64,000 bases of DNA from Lytechinus pictus (taxonomy: Eukaryota): NCBI RefSeq assembly GCF_037042905.1, contig NC_087251.1, positions 21,392,001 to 21,456,000 on the forward strand, in the 5' to 3' direction. The notes under the pieces were generated by a model. It was not told the DNA's origin. It made no database searches and saw only the letters and a program-made list of their open reading frames with translations. Below, one piece after another: positions 23,950 to 45,100 of the stretch (position 1 is the stretch's first letter; the number at the start of each line of letters is the position of its first letter). A program made the position numbers and the translations under genes.

Positions 23950-24290
23950 GTAATGGAAGACAATATCAATAGCTGTGTAGACAATGTGTAAGTTGAATGT
24001 GATTGCTCAAATTCTACAGGGTCAGAGGGATTCTGTGATAGGTACGTGCTGTATTGTCATATTGAAAGAATGATGATGCCACCTGATTGCGGCTAAACTA
24101 GAGCAAAGGAGCTCCTTGCAGAATGGTTCGGAGACAACCACAAGATGGAAGAAGCATGGCTGAGGTGTGTGTCACAGATGGGTTTGCGGTGACTAGTAAC
24201 AAGGAGCTTAGAGAGTTTGCAGACGAGCTGCAAACATGCTCAGAAACTCTACAATTGTACAATTGGTTGGTTGGTAATACAGCAACTCAT
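23950..24290 (+). pseudogene. Decayed BEL/Pao LTR-retrotransposon gag fragment
   Basis: Manual translation across a stop and a frameshift gives MMPPDCG*TRAKELLAEWFGDNHKMEEAWLRCV/TDGFAVTSNKELREFADELQTCSETL. This resembles BEL/Pao gag (GY.RAK.LL.ERFG....I..AW..K.TDGP.....L..FAD.L..C..TL). Recognised from memory, not by search. Confidence 0.65.
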
Positions 24291-24839
24291 CTCTAAATGG
24301 GCTCATGCTCTATTTGCCTTTAGACATAAATCGTCGTCCAGAGTTACTGCTTGACTTTGTATGCTACATAAGGTGCTAAATTTATGCTTGTTGCTACAGT
24401 TTGAGTAAGCAGTTCATTAATTTATATAAAGAGTGGGCTAATTCATTAAAAAATCTGGGCTCATTGATATTAAGCCTATTCTCAATGATAGGCTAAATTA
24501 AGCTTTCATGAAAACTGTACGACTATGATGTGCACCACAGTTTTAAACCAAATTTGTGAATAATGCATCTGGCATTTATCTTTGGTGGGTAAAGGTATAT
24601 AAAAAAAAACTTGGCCCTATTAAATAGGGTTATTGCACTACAATTATTCTATATATTCATTATAATATACTCTTATTCATACATACTGTAATATATACAA
24701 CATAAATCAAGTGCTTCCATAGCTGTAAAATTAAATGTCGCCTGGTAAGGCACTGCGGCAGTGAGAGTGAAGATAAAACAATGGAAGCATTCAAATGATA
24801 TCTGGTAGTAATAAAAATGCATAAAGATTATATAAAATT

Positions 24840-32792
<7,953 letters not shown>

Positions 32793-33140
32793 GATTCTTT
32801 CTTTCCTCGAACCTTTTGGTGGGTACCCTTTTGGTGCCGCAACTGTTTGTCAACAAATTCAAAACGGTTTTCAGCTAGTCTTTTTCTTATACGTTGTAAT
32901 ATGAATGTGATTTTCTTTGAAACTAATTTCAGTATGAATGTACCTTATCTAGACTATTATCTAGATTTAAGGCTTAAGCACATCATTATCACGATTATGC
33001 AGAAATTCTTCCAGTAATTAGTAATGGCCTATCTTCAGTAGGCCTATTATATTAAAAGGGAATTCCTTCATGCTATTATTTAGTATTAATAAAAAAGACT
33101 TGACGGACTGAGGAAAAAACTACAGGAACAAGATGGCTGC
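32793..33140. promoter_or_regulatory. Bidirectional promoter region shared by NDUFAF7 and NEPRO
   Basis: Divergent ATGs at 32792 (-) and 33133 (+). An AT-rich core is flanked by CpG-richer first introns. YY1-like AAGATGGCTGC overlaps the NEPRO ATG (33130-33140). Confidence 0.7.
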
Positions 33141-36100
33141 GCCCAGCTATGGACCGTGGAACTCGAGAGATTTGATTCCTCCACCCACTAATTTCTTGAA
33201 GATCAACCTAGCAAGATTATCAGGTGTCTTTTCCATATCTTCTCTGGTGACTTACGGTATTTCTCGATAATTCCCGTCTCTCAGGCGCTTGCTAGTGCGC
33301 TAAATTCGCACCGTCCATGGCCATGCCCAACCACGAACCAACGAGCCAGAGATCAGCCCGCCCGGTGGCGGTGGGGTCACGGAGAGCGGGCGGTTGCATG
33401 TTGCGCTGTAGTACTAGTACACCGATCGGGGATGCGAAAGCGCACTAATGCCCCTTTTTTATTCGTTTGAAACGTATACCCAGTTGTTGTGTGTCCGGAC
33501 GATCAATTTTAGAAAGTCATTTGGAAAAAATTACAAGCGAAGTTTCATCAACTTTAGTCTTTTTAGTACAAAATGTTAACAAAATACTTAAATAAAGAAC
33601 AAGTTGTGTATTTCAATCTCGCTTGCTGATTTCTGTGTAACATTATACCATCTTATTTTATTTTTGCACATGAGGAATTATTGGGGGGGGGGGGGGCAAA
33701 ACAATATGTTTACCCCCCCCCCAATATTTTCATTGCAGGGGCGATCGCCCCCCCCCCCCCCGGATCAATGCCTCTGATAGCTCGATAGAGGGCCCCACAA
33801 AAAAATATGAAAAGGAAGTATTTGAGTGCTTTGGTTAATATAAAAAATGATCCCAAAGTTTATAATGAAAGCAAATTGTAAATGAATGGAACAGAGTACG
33901 GTATTTGTGATATTAGGGATACCTTTTTTAATGTGTCTTGTATGTTACATAGACTTGCCACAGACAAGATGAGTGCAAGTGCCCCCCCCCCCATTGATTT
34001 GTTTAGTGTCTTAGTCTAAACAATTAAAGGAGAATGAAACCCTTGAAACCAGCTGAATCCATATCAAAGAGAAAAATCAAAGAAACATATTGTTGAAAGT
34101 TTGAGGAAGATTGAATGAATAATAAGAAAGTTATGAGCATTTGAATATTGAGATCACGAATGCCATGTAGATCCTCCCATTGGCAATGCGACCAAGATCT
34201 GTGATGTCACACACGTACAACTCCCTCATTACTTTAGTACTTATTTCACTTATATTCTCACTTTTATAGAGTCTATCACAAGGTGAGGTGTTCTCTTTAT
34301 GAGAGGACAAGTACAGAGGTTTCACAACATTATATCATTGATGAATCGTTTGTCATATGATTAGAATGAGCAAAAAGAGATGTTTTGGGGTATATTTTCA
34401 GCGTCCAAAAGGGGAGAGTTGTTCATCTGTGACATCATAGATCTTGGTCGCATTGCCAATGGGAGGATCTCCATAGCAATAGTGATCTCGACATTCAAAT
34501 GCTCATAAGTCTTCTATTGCTAGTCCTATTTTACTCAAACTTTTGTTGATCTTATTCTTTGATTTTTCTGCTTTCACAAAAGCTAACTTGCTCCAAGAGT
34601 TTCATTCTCCTTTAACTTAAACTATTTTCTATTGATAATGAACTCCCCATAAAGTGCTAATGTTTTATTGATAGGACCCAATACGAAATGAAACATTTAT
34701 CAAGCTTTCCAAATGATAACAAAATTTGTAATCACTACTGGAATTCCGGGGACATCCCGATAGACCGCGGGTCCGATAGACCGCGGGTCCGTAAGACCGC
34801 GGGTCCGATAGACCGCGGGTCCGATAGTCCGCGGGTCCGATAGACCGCGGGTCCGATAGTCCGCAGTGTGTGTAAAATTATGATCAGATATATCAAATGT
34901 CATCGAGAGGTCCAAAGGTCAAATGATACGAAGCCATGGGGTTCTATCAGGTGCGGATCCGTGGGGGGCCGAGGGGGAACTGCCTCACCCCCCCCCCACC
35001 CCCAGCTCAAAAAAGAGGGGGGAAGAGTGGAAAAGGGAGAGAATAAAAAAAGAGGAAGATGGGAAAAGAAGAGAATAGAAAAGAGAGTAAGAAGGAGAAA
35101 GGAAGAGAAGAAAAAAAGATAAGAAAAAGGGGAAAGAAAGACAAAGAAAAAAATGGAGAAGAAAAGGGGAAAGAAGAGTAAAAAAAGAGGAGGGAAAAGG
35201 AAAAGAAGAAAAGAAAGGAGAAAGGAAAAGGAGGAAAAAGAAGAAAAAAAAGAGGAAGGAAGAGAAGAATATTTAAATAGAGAGAAAGATGGGAAGAAAG
35301 ATAAGAAAAAAGAGAGAGAGAGGAAGAGGGGAAAAGTAGAGAAGAAAGAGAGAAAGAGGGAGGAAGGGGAGGGAGAGAAGAAAAAAAGATTAAAAGAGAA
35401 AAAAGAGGGAAAGGAAAGAAAAAGAAAAAGGGAGAAGTAAAGGAGATAGAGAAAAAAGTGGAAGAGGGAAAAGAAAGAAAAGAACAGAATAAGGAAAAGG
35501 GGGAAAAGAAGAAGAAAAAAGAGGAAGAGAATGATATTTAAAGAGAGAGGAAGATGGGAAGAAAGATAAGAAAAGAGAGAGAGAGAAGAAGAGAGGAAAA
35601 GAGAAGAAAAAAGAGAGAGTAAGGGGGAAGAGAGGAAAAACGAGAAAAGAGAGAGAGGAAAAGAGGGAAAGAAAAGACAGAAAAAGAGAAGGAAAGGGGG
35701 AAAGAAAAGATGGGGGGAAAGAGAAGAAAAGGGGGAAAAGAAGAGGGGGAAAGAAAGAGAAAGGAAGGAAGGGGAATGAGGATAAGAGAAAGAAAAAAGA
35801 AAGAAAAGGAGATGGGAAACGGAAGAGGGAGATGTTGACCTGGACGTCGATTTGATGGCGCCAAAATGACGTTCGAACTATGGGGCGCTGAATTGATGTT
35901 CGATCTAGCGGGGCACCAAATTGATGTTCGAACTTGGGGAGCGCTAATTTGAATTTTGACCATAATGCGTCAAATACATGTTTCAGAGAGGGGGAGGGAG
36001 GACAAAGTTATATTTCACATGGGGGCGCCAAGTTTATGTTCAACCGAGGGCGCCAAATTGACCTTGAACTTTAGTAGGGGGCTTCATGCAAATTCATTTT

Positions 36101-39100
36101 CGACCGGGGATGCAACATTGCTCGTATTGCCTGTTTATAGTGAAATGTATGTCCTGCCCAAAAAACTTAAATTAATGCGGCTGAATTAAAATATCCCGTT
36201 TTTACGATAACAGAAAAAACAATGTTTTCGAGTTTTAAGTCTGTTTAGCAAGAAAGATACACTGTTCAGGGTCACAAAAAAGGGTTATTATCAAATTCAG
36301 CTCGCGCTACGCGCTCGCAATATTTGATTAACGAGGTATTCATCCTCTGCTTCAATCCCACATGTAAGTGTTAGTGTTTTTCAAGTCAACATACATAGGC
36401 CGATCTAGGGGGCAAAGATTTTGCCCCCCCCCCCCCCCATGGTGGCGCAAAAAAGGGGTAAGAAACAGAAAAAAGGAAGAGAAAAAGGACAAGCAATTAG
36501 AATAGGAATTATACCTTAGTCCTTCTTAAGTCAGTATATAAAAAATTGAGCTCGCGCTTCGCGCTGGCATCAATACATTGTTTAGTTATATACGCAACCC
36601 GACCTTACAGTTTTTTATGCGAACGAGAAGCACAAGCTGAAAATATTTGATATTCTAACCTGACAACTGAAAATGTATTTTTCATTTCATCATTATAAAA
36701 GTTTTCAGCTAGCGCTTCGCGGTCGCATTCATTTCTTAATAGATATGCATCGTGTTCATCATAACAACTACTAACAAAGGCGGACTGAGGCGGCCCGAGG
36801 GCAACCTCCCCCCTATTGACAGAGCAAATAAATTGTGAAAAACGGGGAAAGAAAAAAAGGGGGAAAGAAAGGAGAAAAAAGAAGACAAAACATAAAAGGA
36901 GGAAGACGAGTGAATAAAATAAGGTCAGGAGAAGACTTGGAAAACAATTTTTTTTAATATTTATTGTCACTATATTAAAGTTTCGCTCGCGCATCGCGCT
37001 CGCATTGCCTGTTCAATGAGATACATATCTTGCTCAATAGGCTGATATGTAGTTTAAAATATCAAGTTTTGATATCAATATACAAAAATAAAATCAGCTC
37101 GGATATTGACCTTTCATTATTTTGTTTTATTTACCAATTTATGTTTTTAAGTGCTCTGGAAAATGTCCGTTTTATGGTTTGAATCAACATTTGCAACATT
37201 TTGTGCGCTCGCACTATTTGCCAAGTAGGCCTACCTATTGTCTTTTTATATTTCATATAAGATTCTCTAAATATACCTTTTCAGGTGTCTCGATTGTAAA
37301 ACAAATAATAAAGGCCTGTGAGCTAGCGCTGCGCGCTCGCATTTTGATTGGTGAGTTATGTATACCTATTTATTAATTATATAACAAACTACTTAAATCC
37401 CCCCATTAAAAAATTCCGGATCGCAATTTGCGCTCGCATTATTTGCTAAAAATATATCAACCAATGAATCCTATTTATGATTACAAAAATACTTAAAATA
37501 TCCAGTTTTCAGGCCTCATGCACTGTCAACAAATTTCACACACTCATTAGGCTTAACAGATTAATAAATATGAAATAAGATTTGTATGAATTCATAATAA
37601 CTAAATTGTCCCTTTTTCAGAAATAAATATCAACAAGTTTTAGGGAAAAAAATAGAAGATAGTCATCATTCTTATATGATGACAAAATGTCCTTAGGCCT
37701 AAAATGTCTCGATCCTAGGTCAAATAAATAATAAAATATCAGCTCCCGCTTCGCGCTCGCATTATTTATATAGTGCTATCAAATTTCCCTATATACACAG
37801 TGCTGTAAACAGTGCTTAAATGGACCCTTTTCATATCGGAATTTCAAATATTATTTTTCAGCTCGGGCTCTGCGCTCGCATTATTGATTTTTATGATGAA
37901 GAATGAAATGTATTCAGATTGCCAGGATTCTGTCTAACTCTAAAACACGTGCACGCATGTTTTTTGAGATACAAAGCTTGATCTTATTCAAAACGTGCTA
38001 AAATTATCCAGTTTCAAATCAGAATATCCAAAATTTTCTGCTCGCGCTTTGCGCTCGCATTATTATTGTAGGGAGATACCAAAAATTACCCATCCTTTTT
38101 CATGATTGACAAACATGAATCGAATGTCCCATTGGGGGATTTGAAATCTCATCTTTTTAGGTTGGAATATCAAAAATGTTCAGCTCGCGCTTTGCGCTCG
38201 CATTATTATTGTAGGGAGATACCAAAAATTACCCATCCTTTTTCATGATTGACAAACATGAATCGAATGTCCCATTGGGGGATTTTTTTTTTGTAATAAA
38301 AATGTCAGGATATTTGCTTGCTCGCTTCGCTCACTGGCAACTTCTTATTAATTTTGTGCGATACACCATATCGAGCCCCCTCGAAATTGTTGGCTCATTA
38401 CGGCACTGGGACAACCCCTTCAAAGAAACAACCAAAAAAAAAAAAATCAACTTTGAGCGGCCGATCGGGAAAAATATGGGTGAAAAAATGGCCCCTCACC
38501 CTATTGGCGGAAGCTGGGTCCGCCCCTGACTTAGGCTTTCAGGATATAATACATGAAAAATCTATTTAAAAAAAGATCGCGCTTCGCGTTCTCATTATTT
38601 ATTTAGGCCTTGTGAGATACCTCAATTTGTTTTTAAGAATGAAATCTCAGATTTTCTTTGACGTCTACCCCCCCCATTTCATTTATTTTTTTTAACTCGG
38701 TGCCCTCGCCACCCCCCCCCCCCCCCCCCCCCGTGCACCCATGCTGAATAAATACGCCACTGATGAGGAGAATTAGTCGATTGCTTCGAGATTGCATTAT
38801 TCCCAAGAGGTTATCATTAATATTATTGAAGGGTATTCTAACACAACAGTACAGAAACTACAGCTCCCGTTCACACAATATTCTAGTAGGGCCTACTCTG
38901 GTTAGAAGTTAAACCAAATTGAACCCCCCCCCCCCAAAAAAAAAAAAATCACTCGTGCTTCGCGCTCCCATTGATATTACATTATATATTTATGGATTTT
39001 TTTTTTCAAGAACACATAAAAAAGTGGTCTTTATTTTTTTTAATGTGATTATAAGATAATTCAAAATCCATTTAAGGCACTTAATTTAGCCTTCCCGGGA

Positions 39101-42100
39101 GGGAGTGGGCGCTTTTTTTTTTCGAAAAGTACACATATGGGCGCCAAAAATCAGGTCAAATTTGCCCCCCCCCCCCCCTTCCCCACGAAATCCTGGATTC
39201 GCGCCTGGGTTCTATAACAATAACCCAATTAGGGCAGTCACCCCCTGACAACTACTTCAAGGAAAATATTATCCCCATATTTTTACCGCCGGGGACTGAT
39301 ACCCCCCCCCCCCCGGAAATTTACCCTCCAGACAATTACCCCGGATAATTATCCCTAGTACGGAGCCTTGAAAATGCCATCTTGCCATGTCTTAATTAAT
39401 CATTGGCGGCGGAAGGCAAAAAAAAGTAGGGGGGTCCACCTGAAATTTTGGGATGGACACAGGTAAAAACTTTTTGACAAGCAAGTCAACCAAAATTTAT
39501 AGGAAGGACCACCAACATTTTTTGACAAGAAAAAAAGGTTATCAACCAAAATTAGGGGGGGGGGACAAAAAGATTTTAGGGGGGTCCATCTCAATTTAGG
39601 GGGGGGAACGTAGAAAACAAATTGACAAGCAAAAAAAAAAGTTTCTCAACTAAAAATCTAGGGGGGACCGTCCCCACCTCAAATTTAGGGGGGAAAGGTC
39701 CCCCCCCCCCCCGCTTCCGCCGCCTAAGTAATTAATACGCTTATTATTTCGACATAGCGATATATTCTATCTTGTCGAGTCGATATGTCCACATGGCGAG
39801 ATATGAAGTGTACAAGTCCCGGCGAGAATCCCGATATATCGCTATGTTGACATGTAATTTATTTAAGTCGACTTGGCAAGATAAAATATCTCGCCATGTT
39901 GACATATAACTTTTTATAAGTGGCAGGATAACGTACCGCGCCATGCGGACCTAATAAGCTTATTTAGTCGACATGGCAAGATAAATTATCTCGCCATGTC
40001 GTCAAGTCGATGGCATTTTAGAGGCTCCGTATGGCGTCTAGAGAGTAAATTTCCGGGGGGGGGGGGTAACAGTCCCTGACGATAAAAATATGGGGATAAT
40101 ATTTTCCTTGAAGTAGATGTCAGGGGGCGATTGTCCTTTGGGTCATCGTTATAGAACCCCATGGACTCGTATCATTGGCCTTTTGACCTCTTGATGGCAT
40201 TGGATCTCACTATATCCTGACCATAATTTTACACACACCGCGGACTATCGGACCCGAGGACTATCGGACCCGCGGTCTATCGGACCCGCGGACTATCGGA
40301 CCCGCGGTCTATCGGACCCGCGGACTATCGGACCCGCGGTCTATCGGACCCGCGGACTATCGGACCCGCGGTCTATCGGACCCGCGGTCTATCGGACCCG
40401 CGGACTATCGGACCCGCGGTCTATCGGACCCGCGGTCTATCGGGCTGTAACCGGAATTCCTGATGACGAAAGTGAAATTAGGGAGAAATTGCATTATAAT
40501 CTCATCATCCATAATGCAAAGACTAAAATCATTGCAAGAATCGGAATAAGTAAGCATTATTATTCATTAAAATGTACAAAGCTTTAACTGTAATAATCAA
40601 ATTTTACTGGGATGTTTCACCTTGTTCACCGCATTTTCATGAGCTTCAGATCATAAACATATTAAACACCAAAACTGAACTAGAATTAATCATGATTTCT
40701 ATCCTGGGGGTTGTTGTTGAATGGGGAAATTACAAGTAGATCTAGTGAGCATGAAAAACTATTCATTCATGTATCTTAGGATGCATTCAATGATTGAATT
40801 CGAATGTCTTGTCATGAAAATGTATATTGTATTTTATTTGTATTTTATTTTTCACTGTCTAGATGAAGAGTCTCATTCTCATGATGATTTGAAATCAACC
40901 TTGTACTCTATTCAAAATGGCCGAGATCTCAATGGTTCATTGCTGAAAGCGGAGCTAGTTACCCTCTCTCGCTTTCTCTACAAAAATAAGAATTCCCAAA
41001 GAAACTGGAAACTTTATGGACTACTTGTGAAGGTAAATTATGACAGCGTGAAAATATGAAATTAGATTTGTTATATAGTAATAGAAAGTTGAAAATGGAA
41101 GAAAGTTCTATGAGCAGAATTCACGGACAACTATTTGAAATATATTGCAAATTTGCAATTTAATAGCAGTGGGAACATTGTTAAAGTGTTTTATAATGAG
41201 CTGTTTGTAAATTTTAGAAGTGCTTTTACCTTACTTAAATGTACAATGACTTGAATGTAAAGTGCCAAATAAGAAAAAGAAAAAATGTTTGTCTTACATT
41301 TCATATAATATAAATTCAATTAAATTATGGCAGCAGATACAGTAGTGCAGTATGAACATTACACTCTACGTGACTGTATTACTAAACCAGGGGACTATGT
41401 CATGTACAGGTATGTGTATGTGGGGCTGATTTACCAGGATAGTTGTCTTTCTTATGGTCTGATTTAATAGTACAAGAGTTCTTGCGTAGAAATTATGCCA
41501 ATCTACTGCTGAGTGGAGACTATTTTAGGGCAGAGCAAAATTTGAAAAAATACTGAAAGTGGAATTACACAATTGAAATTTAAGAAAGTAAATCAGACCA
41601 GTAAATATACCAGTAATACAATCTGAACCCTTTTTTAATAAAGAATTATGATTTGGGTAATTTGGCATTTATGGTATCTACCAAAGTAAAAGGCTCATAT
41701 TTAGTTAAAATCAAGATTTCATGAACATTAGTCTCCTTGTCATGATTCAGTCAGTTGGGAGATCAGTTTAAAACTAAGTTGCAGGTGCATTATAGTCGGT
41801 AATGTGAGTTTTATGCGTAATTCTAGACTTGTGAAGTGGATCCAAAATCAGCTTTTGTATTTTCATTGATACCATGGCTATGTTCCTTTTTTATTTCAGT
41901 TAAAAAAATGTTTGGAGAGGTTAGCTAACACATCGATACACTCCTATGCAGGGACGATGCTATCAGCCTGGGATGGGTAAGTTCATATAGTATGGTATGG
42001 GGTTAGCTGGCAGTTAATATGACAGCAGAGGGATGGATTATGAATATTGAGAATGAAATGTGAAACATGTATACAGTAAGCTCAATGGCACAGTAATTCT

Positions 42101-45100
42101 CGAATAACCCCCCCCCCCCCTCCATGATGCAAGTCTCGATATGTGAATATAAAGACTTGACACCATGTCATGGTATACCTAAGATCTCTTGCATGTTCAA
42201 TGCTGATCAATTTTTCTTTCATATTTCTTATCTTGCTTTTTTCATATCCTAGTTTGGACTCATGTCCAAGTTCCCTTTTTCTGTTTTCACCTGTGTTTGC
42301 TCTTTTAATCTGTAAATCCATACAAATCAAACCTTGTTTGATCTCTGTTTCCATTGTGTTTTCATTCTCATCTTCCACTATCTTCCTCTCTCTCTCTCTT
42401 TCTATCCCTCTCTGTCTCCCTGTCTCTCACTTCAAATATGAAATTTTCAGCTTTATTACTTGCCAATTCAGTATGTATATATACACTTTACAAAAACTGC
42501 TAAGTGTAGCATTGTGGCCCATTCATGTGTTAAATGAGAAAAATCCCAGCCATGGTATAATTTGCTTCAGTGAGAAATTGATCCACATAGTGTTGCACTC
42601 AACTCATGTGAGGTAAAAGGTTAACCCGGTAAGATCAATTCCTTGAATGCACTGAGCGCTGCTGATAGAGTGGTAGCTCGAGCTAAAGTCAGGTAATAAT
42701 AGTTGTGTTTTTTGTATGTTCTGGCAAAAATCCAGCAAATATTATTGTTATTAGTATTTGAGTATGCCTGAATCATATTCAAACACAATAAAGGCCTATA
42801 AGAACACGATGACCCCCCTTACAAATAGTTATATCAAATACAAGATGGTTGAAAATAAGTATTTTTCAATAACTCCATTATCACTTTCTCTCTTATAGAT
42901 TTCCTGATTTATCCAGTCCTGTAATCAGTCTTCCTAGTCGACAGATGCTAGAGTACCTCTGTGTTGGACTACAAGGATGCACCAAACTTTGTGCGTACAT
43001 AGCTTCTCAGTGTGAACAAGCTGCACTGTATCCTTTATCATCATTGTCATGGTTTTCTTTTGTAGCTCATCTGGCCTGAATGGGCTTCTGCCATGGCGAA
43101 GTGTCTGTTGTTTATTTTTTTTTGCATATGGTAGAGTTTACACTTGTCAGTACCTCATTGCATTGTGTTACCTGAATTGTAATCAACACCCCTCACACAA
43201 TTCATGTATATACCAGAATGTAAAAAAAAACCAATAAAAAATATGGATTCATTACAAATTTGATCAGATTGAAATTGAAACTTTGCCCAAATTTATAAGC
43301 CAATTGCCTGATGAGCACTATTGTTGATGTGCTAGTTTTGAAAATATTGTTACAATGATTCCATAGGTGAAAATAGTAGAATTAAGAGAAGTTATGGTGT
43401 TAGTGATAATGATAGTGACCATGATAATGATTTATATTATTAATAATAAAAATAAATTGTAACAAAGATATCATAGAAATGACGATAATTCAAATAATCT
43501 TAATAAAATATAAGTCAAATTACAAATAATAAACATTGATTAATGATGAAGAAAAAAGAAGGAGGAAGAGAAAAAGGAGATACTGTTGGAGGAAAAGAAA
43601 AGATTGTTAATAGTAGTAATTGTTCTAAGGTGATACATAGTACATGTACTTAGTATGACATTATTATTTGATCGATAGAAAAGTTGAAAGAAAGAACTTT
43701 ATTTTGCCATGGATGCGAAATTAACTTGAAGTTATTTGAAAGGTTGTACATATCTGACCTGTCTTTGAAACAAATTTTCTTGACCTTATGATTGGCAAAC
43801 AGCCTCATGATAGAGACATTACATAATGGAATGTTCCTTAGCAGCTCTCTAGTCTTTCTTGCCATTGTCAGCCGTATCAGGTGGGTGAACCGATGTATGC
43901 TCTTGCAAGTTTGTCAGACATCTTAAGGCGACCGCACACCTTGCGATTGGTCTGCTTCTCAATTTTGGAATAAAACGTAGTAGAATGTGATGCTAATATT
44001 GAGACTTGGAATATCTTACTGTGTAATGTTCGAAATCATCGTACGAATCCCTATGTCCAAATCTGTGGCTATGCTATCATCATTCTTAGAATAAAAGCAA
44101 ATTTAATATCTAGTCGTAATGACGTCATAGCAGTCTTACGATTGGCTACGATTTGAAACTAATTTGGCCTTTACTCCAAAATAAAGGCTTACAATCTTAC
44201 AAAATGGTTATATTAGTATTCTTTCAATTAATTTTAACCTCAAATAAAATGACATGTTCCATTCACATTTTGAGAAAATGAGCAAAATGCGATTTGTTCC
44301 AAAATCGGATCGCAAACAGTCGTTAGGTGTGCGGTGGCCTTAAGGCTTGTTGATACATCACGAGACAGAGATCAGCAACATTTGTGTTCCAAGTATATGT
44401 GATGTGAGGTTTCAACAAATTTTGTAGTTGCAATAGATTTTTTGTTGTTAATAAAATGCCGACTTGAAGGAATATATAAAGTTGTATATTGATTTATACC
44501 ATTAACAAAGATGTAACTTTTATACTACTAGTACATGTACCTGTAAATTATTATTGTGTATGCTGTGTGAAATCTACTTCCTTTCTTGACATAAAGCCAT
44601 CTCACTCTCTTCTTTTAATCTCTTTTCAGAGTTTTAATTTGTAATTTCTTCAAATCAGCAGTGGGATGGTATGATAATCTTGTAACTGTGAGGTCTTTTT
44701 TACCCTCAACAAATTCAGAATGGGTAAGTTGTATTGTAAAGGGAAATGCATCCTCTTATTCTGATTTTTCTTCAATGCAATGTTTTTACCTATTGTACAA
44801 ATACATATGGATGTTTGATTAAATACTGTTACACATTGGTGTACAGATAGGGGCTTTCCCCCCCCCCCCCCCCATTTTTCATGACCAAGAAAAAAAGGAA
44901 AGAGAGAAGGGTGAAATATATTATTTTCTGATTATTATGTCGGAATCAATCACAAATTTGGATTTTTGTAGTAAAAATGTCAAAATTTTTGCTCACTCGC
45001 TCGAAACTTTTCATGAATTATGCGCGATACTCTATATCTACCCCCCCAAATTTATTGTTGTTACACACAGTAGCTTTTGATTTACTGTTTGTTCAACTGA

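Larger units (their letters stand above)
34748..40452. mobile_element. Foldback/TU-like element: long TIRs with a tandem 16-bp outer domain and a non-repetitive inner domain, 8-bp flanking duplication
   Basis: GATAGACCGCGGGTCC about 7 times at 34759-34865, and about 13 times inverted at 40238-40443. The inner arm 34866-34947 + 39216-39333 is inverted to 40037-40237. GGAATTCC flanks at 34740-34747 and 40453-40460. Confidence 0.9.

Noticed and set aside
34759..34865. CRISPR-like array (also 40238-40443)
   Set aside because: The 16-bp units are contiguous with no spacers, the context is eukaryotic, and the arrays form the inverted termini of a transposon.
40460..40476. Hammerhead ribozyme core CTGATGA..GAAA (also CTGATGAG at ~38760)
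   Set aside because: The first site has no stem II or stem I. The second has GAGA in place of GAAA and no stem III, and its CTG is a TIR end.
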